Assembly (NCBI GenBank): GCA_964444785.1
Contig: CAYUII010000008.1
Span: forward strand, 44,776 to 108,775
From: an uncultured Bacteroidales bacterium
GTDB taxonomy: Bacteria > Bacteroidota > Bacteroidia > Bacteroidales > TTA-H9
Direction: 5' to 3'
DNA length: 64,000 nucleotides
Below, in pieces: positions 49,186 to 58,302 of the stretch; positions within the stretch are counted from its first letter, which is position 1, and the number at the start of each line of letters is the position of its first letter. The position numbers were made by a program, and so were the translations under genes. A model generated the notes under the pieces. That model was given only the letters and a program-made list of their open reading frames with translations. It did not search any database and was not told where the DNA came from.

Positions 49186-49210
49186 TTGCTGTCTATCCCT
49201 TGTGTCTCTT
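49186..49210 (-). promoter_or_regulatory. weak candidate CarH-type operator (two ACA-containing 11-bp direct repeats)
   Basis: The minus strand AAGAGACACAA GGGATAGACAG has ACA at an 11-bp spacing. Each repeat matches nAnnTnnACAn only partially. It lies between the divergent ferritin-like and carH-like genes. Confidence 0.2.
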
Positions 49211-49300
49211 AAAATCTTCGGGAAAATCCGAACTTTTTCGTAATTTTCGTGTTATTTATTTGATACTTTTTGATTTATTAATCTAGCGGACACTAAACTC

Positions 49301-50182
49301 ATGTCGACTTATTCAATAAAGGACATTGAAAAGTTTACTGGCATAAAAGCTCATACCATCAGAATCTGGGAAAAGCGTTATAGGGTCATCGATCCTGAGC
49401 GCACGGATACCAATATTCGCTACTACTCTGATGCTGATCTAAAGAAACTTCTCAATATTTCAATTTTAAACCGTAATGGGTTTAAAATAAGCGATATTGT
49501 ATGGATGGGTGAAGACGAGTTAAGCGAGAAGGTGTTGCAGGTAACCCAGCGTATTTATGATGCTGATACGCAATTGGAAGGTTTGGTTGTTGCAATGATA
49601 GAATTGGATGAGTTAAAGTTTGATAAGTTGCTCTCTTCTTCCATTATAAAATTTGGCTTCGAGCAGGCAGTCCTGCAAGTTATTTATCCTTTCTTTGAGC
49701 GAGTTGGTTTATTGTGGCAAGTTGGCAGTATTTCCCCTGCACAAGAACATTTTATGTCGAATTTAATAAGACAGAAGCTCATTGTAGCTATTGATGGCCT
49801 TGCAATGGGAATAGCCAATGATTCGAAAACTTTTCTTCTGTTCTTACCGGAAGGGGAGTGGCATGAGATTGGTCTTCTTTTCTCTTGTTATATCCTAAGA
49901 AAAAGGGGCTATAAAGTGGTTTACCTGGGGCAATCGGTACCCTATGATAATCTTAAGGAGGTTGTTAATCTTCGAAACTGTAATGTCTTGCTGACCCAAT
50001 TTATATCTGCGATCACCGATGAGGGGCTTCAAGACTATATTAATAGGCTCTCTTTTGACTTTCCTGAAATGTCAATATTTATGGGAGGGTATCAATTCCT
50101 TGATCGGGAGCTTGACATCCCTAAAAATGTCTCTGTCTATAACGATATGACAGAGTTTAAGGAAATGGTTTTTAAATCATAA
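49301..50182 (+). CDS. CarH/LitR-type MerR-family regulator with an adenosylcobalamin-binding photosensory domain
   Basis: The N-terminal MerR HTH is YSIKDIEKFTGIKAHTIRIWEKRY. The W-x9-E-H motif (LLWQVGSISPAQEHF, aa 139-150) and the B12 lower-ligand motif E-x-H-x-x-G (EWHEIG, His188) are present, followed by SVP and MGG motifs. Confidence 0.8.
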   Translation: MSTYSIKDIEKFTGIKAHTIRIWEKRYRVIDPERTDTNIRYYSDADLKKLLNISILNRNGFKISDIVWMGEDELSEKVLQVTQRIYDADTQLEGLVVAMIELDELKFDKLLSSSIIKFGFEQAVLQVIYPFFERVGLLWQVGSISPAQEHFMSNLIRQKLIVAIDGLAMGIANDSKTFLLFLPEGEWHEIGLLFSCYILRKRGYKVVYLGQSVPYDNLKEVVNLRNCNVLLTQFISAITDEGLQDYINRLSFDFPEMSIFMGGYQFLDRELDIPKNVSVYNDMTEFKEMVFKS

Positions 50183-50209
50183 ACAATATAAACAGCGGAA
50201 TAAATTAAT

Positions 50210-50247
50210 GCCTCCTTACGTTGTTTTCTGAAGGAGGCTTTTCTTTG
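50210..50247 (+). terminator. terminator after the CarH-like gene
   Basis: An 8-bp stem GCCTCCTT / AAGGAGGC has a 13-nt loop and a TTTTCTTTG tail. Confidence 0.65.
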
Positions 50248-50438
50248 TCGTGTCTTCGCCTCTTCTATCCCTATGTTAAATGGATAGCAAACTGATTTGA
50301 TTCTTTTATCTCCCTTTAATAGCAAAGAGAAATTCCTTATTTATTATGGGTTATAGCTTCGTTAATGTTTATTCCTTCTTAGGTTTTAGGCATTCGAAAG
50401 ATCTTGTTCTATATTCTAAACGATGTTGTTTAAGAAAT

Positions 50439-50608
50439 GAAATGTTAAGTTAAACATAATAAATGTTAAAAATTATGACAATCAATAATGTAAATATATT
50501 GATAAACAATGTATTAACATTTGGTGTTTAAAATAGATCTAAATAATATTGGTTTACCTATTGACAAAGGGGGTATTAATGTTTAACTTAGCGGTATAAA
50601 TGTTAAAC
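50439..50608. repeat. cluster of AAATGTTAAA-like motifs in the AT-rich region upstream of the ECF sigma gene
   Basis: An identical 11-mer TAAATGTTAAA lies at 50460-50470 and 50597-50607. Variants are GAAATGTTAAG (50439-50449), TAATGTTTAAC (50577-50587) and AATGT-N4-ACATT (50508-50521). Another ATGTTAAA lies at 50273. Confidence 0.6.
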
Positions 50609-50648
50609 AAACTAGACACGATCAAAATAACCCCTAAAAAATACGATC

Positions 50649-51155
50649 ATGACTGCCATTGAATTTAACCGCAAGCTCCTAGGTTTACAAGACAACCTGA
50701 AAAACTTTGCTTACGCCTTAACTTCTGATTCTGATGACGCCAATGATTTGGTTCAGGATACATTTTTAAAGGCAATCACCTATCGTGAAAAGTTCAATCC
50801 GGATACTAATTTAAAGGCTTGGGCTTACACAATAATGAAGAATACTTTTATAAATAATTACAGGAAGAATATCCGTGAGAATGCATTTGTTGATACTACA
50901 GACGACCTGTATTATTTAAATATTAAGACAAAGTCCAGTACTGCTGCCCCCGATAGTTCATTAAGGTCAAAAGAGATTATACGTACCATTGAGAATCTTG
51001 AAGATGAGCATAGAATTCCATTTGTAATGTACACTCAAGGATATAAGTATAAGGAGATAGCTGAGAAGATGAACTTAAGCATCGGTACGGTCAAGAGTCG
51101 TATTTTCTTTAGTAGAAAGAAATTAATGAACTCTTTAAAAGATTATCAGAACTAG
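50649..51155 (+). CDS. ECF-type RNA polymerase sigma-70 factor
   Basis: Region 2 is DANDLVQDTFLKAITYREKF...WAYTIMKNTFINNYRK. The region 4 HTH is YKEIAEKMNLSIGTVKSRIFFSRKKL. No anti-sigma gene is adjacent. Confidence 0.8.
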   Translation: MTAIEFNRKLLGLQDNLKNFAYALTSDSDDANDLVQDTFLKAITYREKFNPDTNLKAWAYTIMKNTFINNYRKNIRENAFVDTTDDLYYLNIKTKSSTAAPDSSLRSKEIIRTIENLEDEHRIPFVMYTQGYKYKEIAEKMNLSIGTVKSRIFFSRKKLMNSLKDYQN

Positions 51156-51208
51156 TTTTCGTTTGATTTTAGGTGATTGGTTGATTTTGTTGGATTTTCA
51201 TTTGGTTT

Positions 51209-51246
51209 GATTACGGTTCGCCGGGAGGCGAACCGTAATCTTTTTT
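51209..51246 (+). terminator. rho-independent terminator after the ECF sigma gene
   Basis: A perfect 14-bp stem GATTACGGTTCGCC / GGCGAACCGTAATC has a GGGA loop and a T6 run. Confidence 0.85.
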
Positions 51247-51475
51247 AGGCTGATCTACTCTGATAGTTAATATTGTTTTATAGTATTAGTTCTATTTTGA
51301 AGCGTATTTTTACTTGCAACTATTAAGCTGGTTCTAAGTAAGTAGTTTTGCATTTTGTGACAAAAGAGTGATTTCCGTAGGAGAATTACCCCTTAAATAA
51401 AATAAAATTTGCATCTTTGACCCATTAACAGATCTGATCTGTCTTTTAACCTATTTACAAACCAAAATTAATCTG

Positions 51476-53575
51476 ATGAAACATCTATTTTTACCCGTTT
51501 TGTTTCTTGTGCTATGTATAACCGGTACAGCACAAACTCTGGTTACCACAGAGGTAACTAAAAAACATGCGATCCTTGAGGAATTTACTGGTATCCATTG
51601 CGGCTACTGTCCCGATGGCCATAAAATCGCAGCTGAAATTCTCGAAGAAAATCCTGGAAAAGCGGTTGTCATTGCTATTCACCAAGGGTCATATGCGACA
51701 CCTAGTGCTGGTGAACCTGATTACAGAACGGAGTTTGGCGATGCAATTGCCGGACAAACCGGTCTAACGGGTTACCCCTCTGGCACCGTTAATCGTCATG
51801 TCTTCACTGGATCTAATACAGCTCTGTCAAGAAGTGCTTGGAAATCGAGCTGTAAACAGATTATGGCAGAAGATTCCCCTGTTAATGTTGGGATTATGAG
51901 TTCTTATGATGCAGGTACTCGTCAGTTAACCATTGACGTGGAGTTGTATTATACTGCTGATGGTCCTGCAGGAACCAATTATATTAATGTGGCTCTTCTA
52001 CAAGACAGCATCTATGGCCCACAAACTAGTGGTGGAGCAGGAAATAACTATCGCCATATGCACATGCTTAGGTATTTAATTACCGGTCAGTGGGGCGAAG
52101 CGGTAACTCCAGTTACGGCTGGTACCTTGATTACTAAACAGTATACCTATGTTGTTCCTGATAATTACAGAAATATTCCTGCTCTTGTTGAGGATATGCA
52201 GGTTGCTGTTTTTGTTACTAAAGATCACCAAGAGATTCTCTCTGGAGATGTTGTTAATGCAATAGGTGGTACTAATCTTTATATTGGTAACATTGAAAAT
52301 AGTGCTGCTAAAGTAATGCGCAGCATCGCTACTGTTCCTGTAACCTTCAATACAAATCTCAATAGCAATATAGCAGGATCTTCTTCTTTTGAAATTACTT
52401 TAACCTCAAATAATTCTCCTGCTGATTGGAATGCATCATTTGTAATTGATGGTACTACCTATTCAGGCTCAGCTACTATCAATGTTGAAAAAGGAACCCC
52501 TAAACCTATGGCAATTATCGTAACTCCTGGCTCTTCAGCTGCTTTCCCCGAGTATACGATTACTATGAAATCTTTGAGTAATCCCAATGCTCCGCTTCAA
52601 TACAGTAAGGTTTATGTAGTGAGTGGTGTTACCGACTTAGTGGTTAACGGTACCGGTGGACCCGAGACTACTCTTTGGCAGGATACCTATCTTAATGGTT
52701 TAGGTGCTTCCGGAATCACCTCTTATGCTGTTACGAATGCGAATGTCTTTACTGACATGGTTAATGATGTTGCTTTTAAGGATGTCTTTAATGTTTATAT
52801 GAACATTGCTTGGACTTTCCCCGCATTGACCGATGACCAGGCTACGGCATTAATGGCATTCATGGATGCAGGTCATAACGTTCTTATTGCCGGTCAAGAT
52901 ATAGGCTGGGATATTATGAGTGGTGCTGATGGATCAAATGGTACCGCAATTACCCGCAATTTCTATTCAAACTATTTGTTAACTGATTTTGTTGATGATG
53001 GCAGCTCAACTAATAACAAACTAACGGCTAATACCGCAGATCCTGTTTTTGGTGAAGTACCTCAATCAACTATAGTTGACCGTTATTCAGGCAATATGTA
53101 CCCCGATGTTATCAAACCGAAAACCGGTGCTGATTATGTATTCCATTATGTAAATGATACCAAAAAGTCAGTAACCAAATGTCAAACGGATAAGTATCGT
53201 GCTATCTATTTTGGTGTTGGCTTAGAGATGTTAAGCGATGAGACTATTAGAAATCAGATCATCACCATCAGTCGTATTTGGCTTACCGGCGATATGGTAG
53301 GTATTGATTTTAACGAAGCAGCTAACTCTATCCTTACAGGCAATTGCTATCCTAATCCAGCTTCTTCCTTTACTTTCTTACCCATCGCTGGGGAGACTCG
53401 TGAAGCAGTGGTTGAGGTGCTCAATGCTAATGGAAGTGTCGTTGCTACCCAAAGCGTTAATGGCCAAGCCGTGCTGAAATTAGATGTATCAAATTTATCT
53501 TCAGGTATCTATTTCTGGAGAGTTAAATCTAATGGGCAAGTTACTAAAGGTCGTCAATTACAAGTTGTACGCTAA
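51476..53575 (+). CDS. secreted multidomain protein with an N-terminal thioredoxin-fold-like CxxC module and a T9SS C-terminal sorting domain
   Basis: It has a signal peptide and EEFTGIHCGYCPDGH near the N-terminus. The C-terminal about 80 aa (CYPNPASSFTFL...LSSGIYFWRVKSNGQVTKGRQLQVVR) match the type-A Por/T9SS sorting-domain pattern. Confidence 0.65.
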   Translation: MKHLFLPVLFLVLCITGTAQTLVTTEVTKKHAILEEFTGIHCGYCPDGHKIAAEILEENPGKAVVIAIHQGSYATPSAGEPDYRTEFGDAIAGQTGLTGYPSGTVNRHVFTGSNTALSRSAWKSSCKQIMAEDSPVNVGIMSSYDAGTRQLTIDVELYYTADGPAGTNYINVALLQDSIYGPQTSGGAGNNYRHMHMLRYLITGQWGEAVTPVTAGTLITKQYTYVVPDNYRNIPALVEDMQVAVFVTKDHQEILSGDVVNAIGGTNLYIGNIENSAAKVMRSIATVPVTFNTNLNSNIAGSSSFEITLTSNNSPADWNASFVIDGTTYSGSATINVEKGTPKPMAIIVTPGSSAAFPEYTITMKSLSNPNAPLQYSKVYVVSGVTDLVVNGTGGPETTLWQDTYLNGLGASGITSYAVTNANVFTDMVNDVAFKDVFNVYMNIAWTFPALTDDQATALMAFMDAGHNVLIAGQDIGWDIMSGADGSNGTAITRNFYSNYLLTDFVDDGSSTNNKLTANTADPVFGEVPQSTIVDRYSGNMYPDVIKPKTGADYVFHYVNDTKKSVTKCQTDKYRAIYFGVGLEMLSDETIRNQIITISRIWLTGDMVGIDFNEAANSILTGNCYPNPASSFTFLPIAGETREAVVEVLNANGSVVATQSVNGQAVLKLDVSNLSSGIYFWRVKSNGQVTKGRQLQVVR

Positions 53576-53595
53576 TTGACCTTTTGATATTAAAT

Positions 53596-53631
53596 AAAAT
53601 GCCGCCCCATCAAGATGGGGCGGCATTTTTT
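53596..53631. terminator. bidirectional terminator between the T9SS cargo gene and GH92
   Basis: A 16-bp palindrome AAAATGCCGCCCCATC / GATGGGGCGGCATTTT has A/T runs on both sides. Confidence 0.85.
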
Positions 53632-53646
53632 ATTCACTGTGATTGG

Positions 53647-56646
53647 TTATTCAACAATAAATTCATCAGCCATTATCCAGGTTTTACCTCCTTTACCGGG
53701 ATGCCAATCAGGACAAACACCTCCGTTTTTAGCTTTGAAGGATATAAATCGAGCCTTGATGTTTTGTGGGGCAATGGCGAAATCAAAGATCATTACACCA
53801 TCAGCATCACGAGGAGCCGGTGCTTTAACTACCCCCAACTGAGTGAAGTTCTTCCCATCAGACGAGGCATAAAAAACCACTTCCGTTGGATAAAAGACCC
53901 ATGCTCCCTGATCTTGTAAAAACCCAACGGAAACTCTATTTATCGCTTTAATGGTTTGAAGATCCATGATTGCTTCAACATCGGTGCCTTCAAACCCCTG
54001 CCATCTGCCCGTCTTAAAGTTTTTGCCGCCTTTTAATCCGTCAGCTAATGCTGAGTCCCCTCCGGCTGCATATTGAGGCTGATATTGCGTTTTAAGCGTA
54101 AGAAGATTGTTGTGTGGAATTAAGTTAAATTGTGATTCCATAATTCCACTTGCAGTACCTTCTGAACTATAAGCAATCGCTTTAACAGTGGTGGTTTTAT
54201 TAATGGTAAAAGGTTTTGAATATTTAATTGATGCGGCGGATGGTAAGGATCCATCAAGTGTATAGTATATCGCCTTCGGTGTACCCGGAGAACTGATCTC
54301 TATGGTAGTAGATCCTCTAAAAGCACCTTTTCCTTTGGTTACTACTGGAATGGGTTCAATTTGAAGATCCCAGATTTTTGAAGGCTGGCAGTCATTTTCA
54401 GCAGTACCCCATTTGCTCCCTTTATCAGAACTCATTGTAAGTACTAATTCTCCATCTTCAATGAGCGTTTGGTGATTTAACCAGTTTCTGGTGTAATCAT
54501 CGCCATTAAGTTTGGCTGAAGCTATATAGACGTTTTGCTTGCTCCAGTTTTCGGCCTTGATGATGAATTTCTTTCCTGTTGGAAAATTGAGAGTAATCTT
54601 AGGAAACCAAGGGGATCCTAGGACCCAGGCGTTCGTTCCAGGTAAGACAGGATAAAACCCCATAGCACTGGCAACCAGCCATGCCGACATCTGTCCGCAA
54701 TCTTCATTGCCGATTAATCCATCTGGATAGATTGTATAGAATTCATCCATTATTTTCCTTACCAGAGCCTGGGTTTTCTGAGGTTTCCCTACGAAGTTGT
54801 ACAGGTAAGCCATATGATGACTTGGCTCATTTCCGTGAGCATACTGTCCGATGAGTCCCGTAATATCTGCTTGTTCACGGCCAGACATCTTTGAGTCGGT
54901 GGTAAAGAGTCTATCCAACATCTTCTCGAAGTTTTCGGCTCCGCCATGCATCTTAATAAGCGTTTCAAGATCGAAGGGGACGGCCATGGAGTATTGCCAG
55001 GCATTGGCTTCTGTATAGTTAAAGTTTACTTCAGAGGGATCAAAGGGTGAGAACCATTGGTTGTTTACCCGTGCCCGGAAGAACCCGGTTGATGGGTCAA
55101 AGAGATTTTTGTAGCTCTGAGCCCTTTTGATAAAACGAGCATAAGTCTCATTGTCGTCACGAGCTAGTGCAAACCGTGCTATGCACCAGTCATCATAAGC
55201 GTATTCTAAGGTCTTTGAGACTGATTCTCCCTCTTCATCAGCAGGTATAAATCCATATCTCTTATAAGCGTCTAACCCAAAACCGTCCATATCTGCACTT
55301 TTAATCATGGCCTCCATTGCCAGTTTTTGGTCAAACTCAACATAGTCTTTGGCCCATGCATCGATGATAACCGGAATAGAATGGTTTCCAATCATGCAAT
55401 TGGTCTCGTTTGCGGCTAACTCCCAAACCGGTAATCTTCCACCCTCTTTGTATTGACGAAGGAAGGTATTAATAAAAGCATAGGTGCGTTTGGGTTGGAA
55501 TAGGGTATAAAGTGGATGAGCAGCTCTATAGGTGTCCCATAATGAAAAGACGGTATACTGTTCATTGCTATCCGCTTTATGGATGGCATTATCCATCCCT
55601 CTATAGCGACCATCTGCATCACTCCAGAGGTTAGGCGCAATATACGTGTGATAAAGGGCAGTGTAAAAGACAATGTTCTGTTCAGTTGTTCCTCCTTCTG
55701 TTTTAATACATGAGAGTTCTTTTTCCCATTCCTGATCAGCCGCCTTTCTTATCTGGATAAAGGTCATGTTGGCTGTCTCTTTAATAAGATTGCCTCGTGC
55801 CCCTTCAATATCGGTTCCCGAAATACCCACTTTAATTATTAAACTATCTCCTGGTAGTTCTTTAAATCTTACCAGAGCATGGAGGTTAAGTCCATCTGCT
55901 TCAAGAAGGTCTTTTTCTGATAGTAGGGTGTCGTTTTTATATATTTCGATTGATTCAATAGGAGCAGAAAACTGAGCTACAAAGTAGGTGTGTTGATCGG
56001 TAGCCCAAGCCCTTGATCGTCTGAAACCTGAGATTTCATTGGAACCGGTTTGTTTAATTGAAGAAGCTAAGACTTCATCCCGGTGTTTAAGGTCGATCAA
56101 TACGCCACTGTTTTCGACTGAGGAGTAGGTGTATTTATGGACCCCAACTCTAGCTGTTGTGGTTAATTCGGCGGTTATTCCTCTATCTTTCAGATCAACC
56201 TTATAGTATCCGGGTCTAGCCAGTTCATCCTGATGCTTTAATGGAGCAGCGAAGCTATAGGCTTGGTTAATATTACTTTTTACGGTTTTACTAAATGGCA
56301 TAAAAAGGATATCTCCGTAATCAAGGCATCCGGTACCACTAAGGTGGGTGTGGGAGAATCCATATAATAATGAGTCAGAATAGTGGTAGCCTGAGCAACC
56401 ATCCCATCCGTCTAGTCGGGTGTCTGGGCTTAATTGAACCATTCCAAAGGGGCAAGTAGCACCAGGATAGGTATGGCCGTGCCCTCCGGTACCAATGAAA
56501 GGATCAACGTAGTCGGTAAGTGTTTTGTACTCTTTAGGCCTTTGATGCAGGATAGCCATCTCCTTTTTGGGTTTTTCGGCACAGGAGTAAAGAATAATAA
56601 AAGCCAGAAATAAGAGATTCGTTGATTTGACAAGAACTTTTCTCAT
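53647..56646 (-). CDS. glycoside hydrolase family 92 alpha-mannosidase with C-terminal chitobiase-C-like and F5/8 type C (discoidin)-like domains
   Basis: It has a lipoprotein signal and the GH92 hallmark DPFIGTGGHGHTYPGATCPFGMVQLSPDT. The C-terminal about 250 aa carry ...AIYYTLDGSLP... and a discoidin-like segment. Confidence 0.88.
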   Translation of the reverse strand: MRKVLVKSTNLLFLAFIILYSCAEKPKKEMAILHQRPKEYKTLTDYVDPFIGTGGHGHTYPGATCPFGMVQLSPDTRLDGWDGCSGYHYSDSLLYGFSHTHLSGTGCLDYGDILFMPFSKTVKSNINQAYSFAAPLKHQDELARPGYYKVDLKDRGITAELTTTARVGVHKYTYSSVENSGVLIDLKHRDEVLASSIKQTGSNEISGFRRSRAWATDQHTYFVAQFSAPIESIEIYKNDTLLSEKDLLEADGLNLHALVRFKELPGDSLIIKVGISGTDIEGARGNLIKETANMTFIQIRKAADQEWEKELSCIKTEGGTTEQNIVFYTALYHTYIAPNLWSDADGRYRGMDNAIHKADSNEQYTVFSLWDTYRAAHPLYTLFQPKRTYAFINTFLRQYKEGGRLPVWELAANETNCMIGNHSIPVIIDAWAKDYVEFDQKLAMEAMIKSADMDGFGLDAYKRYGFIPADEEGESVSKTLEYAYDDWCIARFALARDDNETYARFIKRAQSYKNLFDPSTGFFRARVNNQWFSPFDPSEVNFNYTEANAWQYSMAVPFDLETLIKMHGGAENFEKMLDRLFTTDSKMSGREQADITGLIGQYAHGNEPSHHMAYLYNFVGKPQKTQALVRKIMDEFYTIYPDGLIGNEDCGQMSAWLVASAMGFYPVLPGTNAWVLGSPWFPKITLNFPTGKKFIIKAENWSKQNVYIASAKLNGDDYTRNWLNHQTLIEDGELVLTMSSDKGSKWGTAENDCQPSKIWDLQIEPIPVVTKGKGAFRGSTTIEISSPGTPKAIYYTLDGSLPSAASIKYSKPFTINKTTTVKAIAYSSEGTASGIMESQFNLIPHNNLLTLKTQYQPQYAAGGDSALADGLKGGKNFKTGRWQGFEGTDVEAIMDLQTIKAINRVSVGFLQDQGAWVFYPTEVVFYASSDGKNFTQLGVVKAPAPRDADGVMIFDFAIAPQNIKARFISFKAKNGGVCPDWHPGKGGKTWIMADEFIVE

Positions 56647-56652
56647 GGTTGG

Positions 56653-58152
56653 TTACTTTTTTAATGATTTCAATGATTCTAAGGAGGATGCAGCTGATTT
56701 CTCTATTCCTTCAATACTGTATTCTGTAAGTCTCTTTCGAGCCGCATCGCGGTCTCTGACCCAAAGAGCGAGTGTCTCTAATTCAAATTTTTCTTGTCGT
56801 TTTATATAATTTCTAAACAGGTTGTCTTTTTCGACCACCCTTTTTCGCAATGCATTGATATAGGAGATGGAGTCACCATAGGCGGTTAGGTCGAAAAAGT
56901 CATAGTAAATATGATTTGGTGCGATAACCCGCATGGATTCGATTTCGTCAAAGTGGTGTTTAATGGCATCCTGATAGTTATACATAGAAAACCGTTCGGG
57001 GAAGGAGTTAATTCCTGCATAGAGAGGGGTAAAGGGATGCAGACAGGGGCGTCGGGGTGCGATCCACCATAGACAACCAACATCAGTGGGCATCCAGTTA
57101 CGAAGTTGAGCTATAAAACCATATTGGTTATGGGTTGCACAGATGGTTGAAGGGTCATTTTCATGGGGGTTCCCGTTTTGATATCCGTTTGTATGGTCAA
57201 AGGGGGTATTCTCGTAGTGATTGGCCAGGAGTAATGAGAGTTTCTCAACGCTAACAAGGTCAGAAGGCTTGAATGACCAAGGGAATGATTCATTCGGTGA
57301 AAATTGTCTTGTTTGTAGTGAATTAACCCCCATCCACATACGCATTATGTTCTCAGGATGGTTTAGTGCTTCGGGGTTCCCGTAGGCTTCTCTAAAGTTA
57401 AATTTGCCCTGGCTTGGGTTGTACCATCCTCTGTTTTGAGCATAGGTGATAAGGTCGGGAGAGGCAATACAATTTGTTGTATCAGATAGATTGACTTCAG
57501 TTATGGTATAATAATTAGGGATAACCGCAACATGGTCATCAGGGATTCGAAGTGCTACGAAGTGTTTTCCATTGACAACGGATAGCATCCACGCTTCATT
57601 AGCATCTGCAATGCTGTAAGTTCGACCCGAGGCGGCATAACCCAACTCAGAGATCAGTCTTGACGCTATCTTTACAGCATGACGGGCACTTTTTGCGCGC
57701 TGGGCCATTAACTGGCGAAGCTCCCAGGTAATTCCACCAGAGGTAAGTGCAGGGGCATCTTCACGAGAGGGACAGCTATTGGATACTATGGTCACTCCGT
57801 TTTCATTCATATAACTATCAGAGAATGCCATTCCAGGCATATCAAGCCAAAGGTACCTATAGGTAGTATCAGCCTGAGCAATGAGTGCTCCTTGTAATGT
57901 TTCGAATTTATCGTGTTTACTATGGGTGAGCCTGGGTACTATAATCCAATTAAAGAGCTGATCCCCAAAATCATCCTCGTTATGTGCTAATAGCACTGAG
58001 CCATCTACTGAGGCTCCTCTCCCGACTAAAACAGAATAACAGTTTTGTTCAATGGGCTTCGCTACCGACTGCCCATAACCTGAAAAAATAGATCCGAGTA
58101 CAAACAAGGCAATCATTGCCATCGCTCGGCTACTTATTGTTAGAAACTTCAT
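56653..58152 (-). CDS. peptidase family C69 dipeptidase (secreted)
   Basis: A signal peptide is followed by the N-terminal nucleophile context NCYSVLVGRGASVDGSVLLAHNEDD typical of C69. Its stop is 6 bp from the GH92 start, so an operon is likely. Confidence 0.75.
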   Translation of the reverse strand: MKFLTISSRAMAMIALFVLGSIFSGYGQSVAKPIEQNCYSVLVGRGASVDGSVLLAHNEDDFGDQLFNWIIVPRLTHSKHDKFETLQGALIAQADTTYRYLWLDMPGMAFSDSYMNENGVTIVSNSCPSREDAPALTSGGITWELRQLMAQRAKSARHAVKIASRLISELGYAASGRTYSIADANEAWMLSVVNGKHFVALRIPDDHVAVIPNYYTITEVNLSDTTNCIASPDLITYAQNRGWYNPSQGKFNFREAYGNPEALNHPENIMRMWMGVNSLQTRQFSPNESFPWSFKPSDLVSVEKLSLLLANHYENTPFDHTNGYQNGNPHENDPSTICATHNQYGFIAQLRNWMPTDVGCLWWIAPRRPCLHPFTPLYAGINSFPERFSMYNYQDAIKHHFDEIESMRVIAPNHIYYDFFDLTAYGDSISYINALRKRVVEKDNLFRNYIKRQEKFELETLALWVRDRDAARKRLTEYSIEGIEKSAASSLESLKSLKK

Positions 58153-58302
58153 TGGTTTAAAGAATTATTTGGTCGTATAGTATTTTCGGGTTTATTGTCC
58201 CGATTTTTCAATAACTAACAAATGTAGCGAAAAGGTAAATAAGAATTACTGAACAATTATCATCAGTATCTGTTTATAGAACAATCATTTAAAATATAAA
58301 TC

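Noticed and set aside
50340-50648. AT-rich region considered as a replication origin (oriC) or DNA-unwinding element
   Set aside because: I could find no TTATCCACA-type DnaA boxes on either strand and no dnaA or dnaN nearby. The region is better explained as a regulatory leader.
53584-53919. Plus-strand ORFs 53584-53919 and 53615-53842
   Set aside because: They start inside the bidirectional terminator and run antisense to the conserved C-terminal discoidin-like domain of GH92. There are no supporting features.
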